Notes under the pieces: model-generated
Database searches by the model: none
Seen by the model: the letters and a program-made list of their open reading frames with translations, nothing else
What the model was told of the DNA's origin: nothing
In this document: positions 1 to 11,000 of the stretch, piece by piece
Layout: each line of letters opens with the position of its first letter
How positions within the stretch are numbered: position 1 is the stretch's first letter
Position numbers and translations under genes: made by a program
Source: Orbicella franksi
Taxonomy: Eukaryota
Reading direction: 5' to 3'
Assembly: GCA_964199315.1 (NCBI GenBank)
Contig: OZ116704.1
Coordinates: 11,656,001-11,720,000, forward strand
DNA: 64,000 bases

Positions 1-163
1 AACAGCTTATATTTGTGTTTACGCGCAGATGATGTATAAAAAAATGATCATGTCACGCCACGATTTGGGAAAAATTAAATAAGCGCCCCCTCCAATAAGC
101 GGCCTCCGTCTTCTCCTAAATTTGAAATAAGCGCCCCGGGCGCTAATTCGAGGATTTACGGTA
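1..163. mobile_element. Right end of a TA-flanked MITE (TIR TACCGTAAATCCTC...), inserted into the LINE ORF2
   Basis: Ends ...ttcgaggatttacggta at 163. It aligns by eye with the right third of the complete copy at 53510-53959 and interrupts the LINE frame right after PESYL. Confidence 0.8.
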
Positions 164-2330
164 AGATAACTCTCTGGAATAGTATCAGCAGGAGGTATGT
201 CTCTTGCCAATTCATGTCCAATGTTTGCGAAATGGCAATTGAACGCTTCCGCCTTTTCAGACGCAGAACTAATTTTCGTGTCCCCGAGCTCAGTATCAAC
301 AATAACTTTCTTCATATGTTGACGAGAGCTCAGCTCATTAATTAGCTGCTAAGTTTTACTGGGATCTTCTCTGCTAGCAGCGAGGTTATCGCTAAAGTAT
401 TTGCGTTTGGCATATTTAATTGAATTGTTTTAACTTCATTTCTCGCTGTTTTAAAATCAGCCCAACAAGACTGATCTTTAGTTCGTTCCGCCTTCTTTTT
501 CAGGGAGTCCCTTTTAGGCATTTTACGTATTAACTCATACGTAATCCACGGGGACTACTTGTTCCCAATTCTTTTCGATTTCATAGGGCCATGTTTATGG
601 ATGCAGGTCAGAAACTGTTCTTCCAAAACCCCTACATTTCGTTGGGGTCAGAGAATAGACTAATGGCATCCCATAGTATTAATTCAACGTCCGTTAGAAA
701 CTCCTCCTTATTGAAATTTTTGACACCTCGAGTACTGATAATCTTAACACACCCAGGGATGGTATGTGTTTTGCGATAGACAAGGGAGTGGTCGCTAATA
801 CCTAACGGCATAACTCCTGATCTAACTATTTTGTCTGGGGTATTAGTTACGCATAGGTCAATTAGAGACTGAGAATGAGCTGTTACTCTCGTTGGCGCCG
901 TAATCAGTTGACTGAGACCAAAAATCTCACAAACATTGATGAGTTTGGAAGAATTGCTATCTGCGACACCTGGTAACAGGTTTGTATTCATATCACCGAC
1001 AAGTTGGAGTTCTCGATTAGAAGCATCAATTTTACCAATTAAATTTTCAGTCGTTAAACAGGTCAGGAGGAGAGTTGGGAGGTTTACACCAGTTACTGAC
1101 AAGAAATGGCCGAGAGTGAGGATTACTTATTTCGATAGTTAAACATTCGAGCCTATCAATCATAAGCTCCTCGCATACTTTAAAATTAAGGTTTCTGTGT
1201 AGGTAAAAGCAAACCCCGCCACCTTTTCGACCATTAATTTGTCTGTCTTGCCGAACAATTTTAAAACCTGCTATATAGACTTCCTGGTCGTTAATTGTAT
1301 CATCTAATTTCCCTTCATTGATGGCGAGAATGTCAATTTTGGAATCTCTCATAAAAACTCTAAGTTCGTCAATCTGAGCAGTTAAACTGTTAATATTTAA
1401 GCCAGCGGTAGCCAGGCCTCGATTAACCGATCAGCACGGAGCTCTGGAAGTCCTCGGACTCCGCTACGGCAAACTCCTACTGACCATTAATATACGAAAT
1501 AAAGTTCTGACTCAAAAGACAGGTCCCAGTTCTGTTCAAATGCAGGCGATTAAGATGTTAGTCGGTAGTGATGTTACTATGATCTATGAAGCCCCATTCG
1601 TTTTGACAGCAGAACTTCCTTAGAATCTTGTTGACCTCCTTGGCTCTTTTAGCCAGTTCATTGTCGTCAGCGCGTGCAGTTAGACTGGAAATGGCTACAG
1701 AAATACCTTCTTGATCAACCATGCGCCCAATGTCAACGATCTCATCCGCACACTCGCGCGAGAAGTTCGAGTTTCGAAGGCTGTTAGTTCCGACATGGAT
1801 GATTATTGAATCAGGATTCCGTCTCATAATTGGCCTGATGTGATCAGCCATGTCGTTCGTAGTGCAGCCAGGAAAGCTCGAAAGCTTGAAAATTTCGAGC
1901 TGATACCAGTTTATTTTTGCTTCTTTTATTTTCGAAAATGTAATTTTACCTATTTTTCGCATAATTATCATAGTTATTTGATGTTCCGGGATGATCCGGA
2001 AAGTTCTATGTTCCTGGTTTTATCGATTATACGTTCACTAGCAAACGTGACAATCGTGCTTTTCACGGGAACGTTTGTAACTTGATACTTTTGTTTTCCT
2101 CGTAAAGGTAAACCACACGATCCCCTTGGTTTCTCGAAAACTTAAGGGCGATGTGCTTTTTTCTTCACTTCTGGAGATAAATGGTATAAAGTTAAATATC
2201 TGGGAAAAAATGGAAGAGGAACGATTTTTTTCAAAACGCTAATTATCAATTCACGGATAAACAAAAACTAATCTAATTATCAGATAGTCACGTCTGACAT
2301 GTCGACGATCACACAACAAGAACTGAAGAC
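164..2330 (-). mobile_element. Degenerate CR1/L2-type LINE: esterase-like ORF1 and APE endonuclease part of ORF2, frameshifted
   Basis: 1558-1971 encodes an SGNH/GDSL-like ORF1 segment (IIIHVGTNSL...FIDHSNI). 1047-1352 and 632-1102 encode an AP endonuclease (DILAINEGKL, RQDR..GGGVCFYL, LVGDMNTN, SLIDL, ISDHSLV). 164-315 encodes the linker EKAEAFNCHFANIG. The pieces lie in different frames, and the RT domain would fall left of the window. The 5' boundary is approximate. Confidence 0.85.
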
Positions 2331-2346
2331 TGTTTTGTAAGCTATA

Positions 2347-2503
2347 NNNNNNNNNNNNNNNNNNNNNNNNNNNNNNNNNNNNNNNNNNNNNNNNNNNNNN
2401 NNNNNNNNNNNNNNNNNNNNNNNNNNNNNNNNNNNNNNNNNNNNNNNNNNNNNNNNNNNNNNNNNNNNNNNNNNNNNNNNNNNNNNNNNNNNNNNNNNNN
2501 NNN
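2347..2503. other. Assembly gap (N run)
   Basis: Run of n characters. Confidence 1.
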
Positions 2504-2789
2504 AACCAAACAAACTTGTTGGATCAACATTATCATAACTGTTAGGACTACAGTGAGCGCTGTTACCTCCAGGGTTTTTAATTCACAAAAAAATAACTCT
2601 TGCACGTCTTGCAGAGAAATAGCTAGAATAATTTGTACCATTAAAAACACCGACCAACTGAATAATTGTCTCCGAAAAACGTATCAAAAAAGAGCAACGT
2701 CCTTTTCAGTTTCGGATCAGTTTAAAAAAGTCCTTGCATTAAAAAGTTCTAAACGAGCTCTCCCTATTTGGTGGTAATATGAGATTCAA

Positions 2790-3062
2790 GTAAGATTCAC
2801 CAAGAGCGTAGTCTCTGTTGTTTTGACTTTCATTGTCTCAGGAAGGGAAGCAGCAAAAGCATCACCAATATTATTATTCAACAGAGCCAGCTGTGTCACA
2901 GTCGTATTGACTTTCTTTGCCTCAGCAAGGGAGCAGCGCCAGCATCACGAAGGTTATTATTCCTCAGATCCAGCTTTGTCAGTGTCGTGTTGCCTTTCAT
3001 TGCCTCAGCAAGGGAAGCAGCGCCAACATCACCAATGCTATAAGACAACAGATGCAGCTGTG
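2790..3062 (-). pseudogene. About three degenerate LRR units downstream of the NLR stop codon
   Basis: Recognisable 84-nt units (TLTQLHLLSYSIGDVGAASLAEAMKGNTTLTKLDLRNNNLRDAGAA; AEAKKVNTTVTQLALLNNNIGDAFAASLPETMKVKT) follow a 2-nt insertion near 3070 and a 1-nt deletion near 2930. Confidence 0.75.
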
Positions 3063-5494
3063 TCAGTGTTGAGTGTTGACTTTCCTTCCCTCAGCAAGGG
3101 AAGCAGCGCCAGCATCAACAATGTTATTAGACGACAGATGCAGCTGTGTCAGTGTTCTGTTGACTTTCATTGCCTCAGCAAGGGAAGCAGCGCCAGCAGC
3201 ACCAATGTTATTTAACCGCAGATCCAGCTGTGTCAGTGCTGTGTTGACTTTCATTGCCTCAGCAAGGGAAGCAGCGCCAGCATCACCAATCTTATTATAC
3301 GCCAGATTCAGCTGTGTCAGTGTTGTGTTGACTTTCATTGCCTCAGCAAGGGAAGCAGCGTCAGCATCACCAATGTTATTAGACGACAGATCCAGCTGTG
3401 TCAGTGTTGTGTTGACTTTCATTGCCTCAGCAAGGGAAGCAGCGCCAGCAGCACCAATGTTATTAGACCACAGATCCAGCTGTGTCAGTGTTGTGTTGAC
3501 TTTCATTGCCTCAGCAAGGGAAGCAGCGCCAGCAGCACCAATGTTATTAGACCACAGATCCAGCTGTGTCAGTGTTGTGTTGACTTTCATTGCCTCAGCA
3601 AGGGAAGCAGCGCCAGCAGCACCAATGTTATTAGACGACAGATGCAGCTGTGTCAGTGTTGTGTTGACTTTCATTGCCTCAGCAAGGGAAGCAGCGCCAG
3701 CAGCACCAATCTTATTATACGACAGATGCAGCTGTGTCAGTGTTGTGTTGACTTTCATTGCCTCAGCAAGGGAAGCAGCGCCAGCAGCACCAATGTTATT
3801 AGACGACAGATCCAGCTGTGTCAGTGTTGTGTTGACTTTCATTGCCTCAGCAAGGGAAGCAGCGCCAGCAGCACCAATGTTATTAGACGACAGATTCAGC
3901 TGTGTCAGTGTTGTGTTGACTTTCATTGCCTCAGCAAGGGAAGCAGCGCCAGCATCACCAATGTTATTAGACCACAGATGCAGCTGTGTCAGTGTTGTGT
4001 TGACTTTCATTGCCTCAGCAAGGGAAGCAGCGCCAGCAGCACCAATGTTATTAGACGACAGATTCAGCTGTGTCAGTGTTGTGTTGACTTTCATTGCCTC
4101 AGCAAGGGAAGTAGCGCCAGCATCACCAATGTTATTAGACAACAGATGCAGCTGTGTCAGTGTTGTGTTGACTTTCATTGCCTCAGCAAGGGAAGCAATA
4201 TGAAGTTCTCGTAATGTTACATCAAGGAACGCAGCATATTGAAGTTTAAGACCTGAGCCAAATACTCGAGCCAGCCTTACATGAACATTCCTTTTTTCTC
4301 TTTTACATTCGGCAATGCACTCTAATGCAATAGGCACAGTTTTGGGGCCAAATTTGTTGACTTGTGTTGTTATGTTTGCTATAAGATCCACAGCTGTTTC
4401 TTCGCACTGGACTGCTAGAATGCCACATGAAAACAAAAGCACCTGTTTCAGCTCACTGAAATAGATCGCGTCAGAAACCAAGCTTTCGGGAGTATTTTCG
4501 TGCTTGAGAAGCTCACAACAAAGATAATAGGCGGCGAAAATTTCTTGGAAACTTTTGTGTAGGAAAGCGTAACGACGACATGGTCTCATTTTGCTGCCTC
4601 CGGGCTGCACTGACAGGAATCCAAATCCAGATAATTCACCATTGTGATTCCTAAGTTTACGTTCGTCAAAGTCCAAGTTCCCTTCGCGTAAACCATTCAA
4701 AGCTATCCGGCCAAGCAATTTTAGTTCCGTTTTGTATACTTCAGTCAGTTGCTCACTGGTTTCTGGTAATCCTTTCCTTCTCCTGAACCTTCTCAGAACA
4801 CACTCTATTATATCTAGGTACAGTTGAGTACTACTTCCCGGGAAAATGCCCTGACATTCTTCACACAAAAGACAAAGAAGGGCAGTGTTTAAAGGATTTG
4901 CCGTCATGTCTTGTAGGCTTTTATCATTGCTCAGCTTGAATAGGAGCTTTTGAGCGAGATCCTCCATGTTTTTGAAGTACTTGTAGATGAACTTTCCTGC
5001 ATCCTCTACGGTAAATCCTTGGATCTCTAATATGGTGTCACAGTATCTTCTTACCTTCATTCCGGCCTCGAGGCGCGATGTTGCAACTAAGTGACATTTT
5101 GGCAGTACTCTTCCCTGAATTATTTCTGAAAACTCGGGCAGTTTACTGGCAGGTAACTCATCCAGCCCATCTAGTACTAGCAAAACGCTTGACTGATTGT
5201 GACGAATAAACGTGAAGAATTTCTCTCTGATGTCTTCTTGGATATCTCGGGGCAACAGCTGATCATCAATGGCCTCCCAAATGTCAGACTTGATATCTCG
5301 ACATTTCAGCAACAGGACGGTTTCGAATTTTGGAAAACAGTCGTCTGCCACTGGCTTTCCTGTAGCCCAGTCGTAGACAAGCTTTTTGCAGTACGTTGTC
5401 TTTCCCATACCAGGCTCTCCCTCAATCAATACTGTTCTTGGCTGTGGACATTCTTCATGCGGTTTGAAGATAGTCGACATGTTGACGATTTCGT
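3063..5494 (-). CDS. Second (downstream) copy of the NACHT-LRR exon: 5'-truncated, no splice acceptor of its own, out of frame with the upstream copy
   Basis: 805-aa ORF with Walker A GEPGMGKTT, Walker B LLVLDGLDE, winged-helix YAFLHKSFQE and 13 LRRs. Nearly identical to 5495-7833 at an offset of 2339 bp; I saw one SNP (4112 t vs 6451 c). Either a recent duplication or an assembly artefact. Confidence 0.7.
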
Positions 5495-8001
5495 TCTGTT
5501 GACTTTCATTGCCTCAGCAAGGGAAGCAGCGCCAGCAGCACCAATGTTATTTAACCGCAGATCCAGCTGTGTCAGTGCTGTGTTGACTTTCATTGCCTCA
5601 GCAAGGGAAGCAGCGCCAGCATCACCAATCTTATTATACGCCAGATTCAGCTGTGTCAGTGTTGTGTTGACTTTCATTGCCTCAGCAAGGGAAGCAGCGT
5701 CAGCATCACCAATGTTATTAGACGACAGATCCAGCTGTGTCAGTGTTGTGTTGACTTTCATTGCCTCAGCAAGGGAAGCAGCGCCAGCAGCACCAATGTT
5801 ATTAGACCACAGATCCAGCTGTGTCAGTGTTGTGTTGACTTTCATTGCCTCAGCAAGGGAAGCAGCGCCAGCAGCACCAATGTTATTAGACCACAGATCC
5901 AGCTGTGTCAGTGTTGTGTTGACTTTCATTGCCTCAGCAAGGGAAGCAGCGCCAGCAGCACCAATGTTATTAGACGACAGATGCAGCTGTGTCAGTGTTG
6001 TGTTGACTTTCATTGCCTCAGCAAGGGAAGCAGCGCCAGCAGCACCAATCTTATTATACGACAGATGCAGCTGTGTCAGTGTTGTGTTGACTTTCATTGC
6101 CTCAGCAAGGGAAGCAGCGCCAGCAGCACCAATGTTATTAGACGACAGATCCAGCTGTGTCAGTGTTGTGTTGACTTTCATTGCCTCAGCAAGGGAAGCA
6201 GCGCCAGCAGCACCAATGTTATTAGACGACAGATTCAGCTGTGTCAGTGTTGTGTTGACTTTCATTGCCTCAGCAAGGGAAGCAGCGCCAGCATCACCAA
6301 TGTTATTAGACCACAGATGCAGCTGTGTCAGTGTTGTGTTGACTTTCATTGCCTCAGCAAGGGAAGCAGCGCCAGCAGCACCAATGTTATTAGACGACAG
6401 ATTCAGCTGTGTCAGTGTTGTGTTGACTTTCATTGCCTCAGCAAGGGAAGCAGCGCCAGCATCACCAATGTTATTAGACAACAGATGCAGCTGTGTCAGT
6501 GTTGTGTTGACTTTCATTGCCTCAGCAAGGGAAGCAATATGAAGTTCTCGTAATGTTACATCAAGGAACGCAGCATATTGAAGTTTAAGACCTGAGCCAA
6601 ATACTCGAGCCAGCCTTACATGAACATTCCTTTTTTCTCTTTTACATTCGGCAATGCACTCTAATGCAATAGGCACAGTTTTGGGGCCAAATTTGTTGAC
6701 TTGTGTTGTTATGTTTGCTATAAGATCCACAGCTGTTTCTTCGCACTGGACTGCTAGAATGCCACATGAAAACAAAAGCACCTGTTTCAGCTCACTGAAA
6801 TAGATCGCGTCAGAAACCAAGCTTTCGGGAGTATTTTCGTGCTTGAGAAGCTCACAACAAAGATAATAGGCGGCGAAAATTTCTTGGAAACTTTTGTGTA
6901 GGAAAGCGTAACGACGACATGGTCTCATTTTGCTGCCTCCGGGCTGCACTGACAGGAATCCAAATCCAGATAATTCACCATTGTGATTCCTAAGTTTACG
7001 TTCGTCAAAGTCCAAGTTCCCTTCGCGTAAACCATTCAAAGCTATCCGGCCAAGCAATTTTAGTTCCGTTTTGTATACTTCAGTCAGTTGCTCACTGGTT
7101 TCTGGTAATCCTTTCCTTCTCCTGAACCTTCTCAGAACACACTCTATTATATCTAGGTACAGTTGAGTACTACTTCCCGGGAAAATGCCCTGACATTCTT
7201 CACACAAAAGACAAAGAAGGGCAGTGTTTAAAGGATTTGCCGTCATGTCTTGTAGGCTTTTATCATTGCTCAGCTTGAATAGGAGCTTTTGAGCGAGATC
7301 CTCCATGTTTTTGAAGTACTTGTAGATGAACTTTCCTGCATCCTCTACGGTAAATCCTTGGATCTCTAATATGGTGTCACAGTATCTTCTTACCTTCATT
7401 CCGGCCTCGAGGCGCGATGTTGCAACTAAGTGACATTTTGGCAGTACTCTTCCCTGAATTATTTCTGAAAACTCGGGCAGTTTACTGGCAGGTAACTCAT
7501 CCAGCCCATCTAGTACTAGCAAAACGCTTGACTGATTGTGACGAATAAACGTGAAGAATTTCTCTCTGATGTCTTCTTGGATATCTCGGGGCAACAGCTG
7601 ATCATCAATGGCCTCCCAAATGTCAGACTTGATATCTCGACATTTCAGCAACAGGACGGTTTCGAATTTTGGAAAACAGTCGTCTGCCACTGGCTTTCCT
7701 GTAGCCCAGTCGTAGACAAGCTTTTTGCAGTACGTTGTCTTTCCCATACCAGGCTCTCCCTCAATCAATACTGTTCTTGGCTGTGGACATTCTTCATGCG
7801 GTTTGAAGATAGTCGACATGTTGACGATTTCGTCAGTCGCTGTTCCTCTTGTTTTCTTCCTGCCTATCACTTTCAGCCTCGTATAAATATCATCAAGCTG
7901 AAAGTGAAACTCCTCACACCAAGGAAATGGTGACAGCCATCCTTCGCGCGTTTTGTAAACTTGGCGAATTCCGTCAACAAGCTCAGATGGATCTAAAGGG
8001 T
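5426..8001 (-). CDS. NACHT + LRR exon of the NLR (upstream copy)
   Basis: Acceptor ttttag at 8002-8003. Starts DPLDPSELVDGIRQVY...FPWCEEF..LDDIYTRL, then the NACHT motifs and 12 complete 28-aa ribonuclease-inhibitor-like LRRs. It then runs out of frame into the duplicate (KSSTCRL...QEQY*). Confidence 0.9.
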
Positions 8002-11000
8002 CTAAAAGTAAAATGACATGAAAGAGGTTGTTAGTAAACAGCGGCGAAGTAAAATAAGGATTCTATTCAACGAGGTCTTTGGATTAGGTTTCAGTATTTC
8101 GTACCTCATTGGCTAATAAGATTAAACATGAACGATAAACATCCACGTGCTTTAAAATTAGATAGGACAGATTCTATTTTCACTCCTCCCCTTGGAAAAT
8201 CCGAGCTTCTTTTTACCAAATGAGAGAGAGAGATTTCTCGTTACATGTATCTGTCAAAAAAACAATGAAAGAAAACCGGGTCACCATCGATTTTGCAGCG
8301 CTGTTTGAGTGACTGCCCTTGGTGTTGCCGTGCTGTTCAGACTTCTGTTTGGTTTATCGCACGATCGTTATTTTTTATTGGTATGGAATGCTGCTAAGTC
8401 ACTACTCAGTCATCCACTTTATTATGCTATTTTTTGTCATGACAAGTGGTAAGCATTCTTGGTAACAAATTAGGGCTTTAAGAACGTCTGCGTAAGAGGC
8501 TACAAATTAAAAGGCCCAGTACAGAGTGTCTTATCCACTACCGGACGTTCATTTTTCCGTCAAACCAACTTCGTCGGTCATCGCAGTGTGGCAATGCGCA
8601 GTTTTATCTATTATTAAAATTTTGTAAACTGACCTTTGTCCTCGCTTTCTCCGCTTTGCGTCCTCAAGTTCTCCAACCTTTCCCCGAGAATTGCAATTTC
8701 ATCTTTTATTTGCTCAATCTTGTCGTTGAGGTTTTCTGTGGATCAACATTTACTCCACTTTAATAAAGATTGAAACCTTAACTACAATATTAGCACTGGT
8801 ACTGGTCATCAACTGAATTGGCTGTTCCGCTTTCAAAACATGCCAGCTACCACGTTTCTTTGAAGTTACATCCTCAATTATGTTCAAACGAAAAAAAATA
8901 AAGAACACAATAAAACGCTGCTAGTCTCCCTAGGCTACACCTACAAAGAAATACCTATTACTGAGTTTTCAGTTGAGCTTTGTTAATCAGTTTTGGGAAC
9001 TTACTTTCATCCTTTGTTTCTTGTCTTGATACTGTGAAAGCGTCCAGCTTGTCACTGATATTTTTTATTTCACTTCTCATCTTGTTGAGGTCATCTCTGT
9101 ATCGTTCTGATGGTTAAAAGAGTTTTTTTTAATTCTATAATTCAAGGTGTTTTGTCAAAGAAAGTTGAGATTTTGGCTTCTATTAGAATTTCTGTTCTCT
9201 CTGTAGATCCTCAACTATGCCCAATTACTGTATTGGCTGGGTTCCCTGTTTTACTTTTCTGCCTTTAAGTTCACATCACCCCTTTCATCTTGAATGTTTC
9301 ACATGTAATCGCGCACGTTTGATTTTTTTATATGGCATACACGCAGCATTCACTAGAAGTACCTAGGTCAGTGATCCTGAGCAGTGAGCTTGAGTGTAGA
9401 TTGGTGTTTTGACCCTAACAATTCCATGCAAGAAACACGACTAACAAACCAATTTGTTAACTGACAAAGAGGAATTCAAAAGTTACAAACCAAGATATGA
9501 TCACACACTCAAGACAGTGTTTGACCGCATTTCCAAACACCTCGAAGTTCGCCAAAAATACTCCGCTGGGGGTCGTATTTCCAATTCTCTTCACGTTGTT
9601 TGTGGTCAAACACGGTCTTTCGTGTCTAATATATTACTTGAAACGTTTTACAACTAACCTCTTCCGTCGCTTTCTCCGCTTTGTAGTCTCAAGTTCTCCA
9701 GGGAGTTCTCCAAACTTTCCCCAAGTTTTACCATTTCATCTTTCAGCTGCTCAAACTTGTCTCTGAGGTTTTCTGAGGATCAACATTCACTCCACCTTTA
9801 GGCCATGTAACAAAGATTCTGTTTTTAATCCTTAATTACAATATTAGCACAGACATTAGTCACTAACTGAATAAGTTAGTTGTACCTAAACAACGGCCGC
9901 TTTGGTTAACTTGCATTCAAATTATTTTTAAACGAAAAAACAAACAAACAATAACAACTAGCGAGCGTCCTGGACTATACCTTCAAAGAAATACATTTTA
10001 CCGAATCTTCAGTTTACCGTTTCGATCGGTGTTTTGTTTGTCGGGTCTGCCAACCTACCTTCATCCTTTGTTTCTTGTCTTGATACTGTCAAAGCGTCCA
10101 GCTTGTCACTGATATTTTCTATTTCACTTCTCATCTTGTTGAGGTCATCTCTGTATCGTTCTGATGATTACAAACGTTTACCACTCTTTAATTTAGGTGT
10201 TAAAACGAAAGAAAGTTAAGGGGTGAAATCCCACAGAAAACCTTGTTTCTATAATAGAGCCTCATTACCCTTTATTGGCACAGATATTATTCACCAAGTG
10301 AATTGATTGTTCTACCTAAACGATAGCCACTTTTGTTAACTTACATTCAAAATTATTTTTAAACGAAAACACAAACCACAACACCAATAACTATAATAAA
10401 ACGCTGCAAATGGCCTGGACTACACCTTCAAAGAAATACCTTTTTAACCGAATCTTCAGTTGACCGTTTCGAGTGCGTTTTGTTTGTTAGGTTTAGCAAA
10501 TTACCTTCATCCTTCGTTTCTTGTATTGATACTGTCAAAGCGTCCAGCTTGTCACTGATTTCACTTCTCATCTTGTTGAGGTCATCTCTGTATGATTCTG
10601 AAGATTACAAACGTTTATCACTCTTTACTTTAGGTGTTAAAAAAAAAAGGAAGTTAAGGGGTGGCATCCCATTGAAAACCTTCTTTCTATAATAGCGCCT
10701 CAATCATTACATTTTTCGGATGGTTTTCCGTGAAACTGGTTCACGCTGCTTCGGGACTCAAATTTGATCGAGAAATATAAAAACTGAAACATTAATCAAC
10801 AATACTATGGTAATCTTAACAGGATGGTAAACACGGAAAATCCTACCGTGAATGCGTTGGTTACGGGCGAACAAACCAATCAGACTCACGCACTTGCAAC
10901 ACAACATGAGAAGTCTCTACGTACGAAAGAGTGCAACAGAAATCTCGCCGAGTTTCTTTCCACAATTAAATAGGCCATTTCCGAGTTACCTAAGTTTGCC

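Noticed and set aside
2280-2650. ORFs spanning the N-gaps (also 45110-45343)
   Set aside because: They are artefacts of translating N runs.
3063-6540. 84-bp repeat with short variable windows resembling a CRISPR array
   Set aside because: The variable parts are only a few codons and recur between units, the array is in frame within an LRR protein, there are no cas genes, and the DNA is eukaryotic.
3073-6553. Long plus-strand ORFs (376, 447 and 190 aa) antisense to the NLR
   Set aside because: They are shadows of the 84-bp repeat: one stop-free unit repeated gives a long ORF. They have no domain motifs or independent start context.
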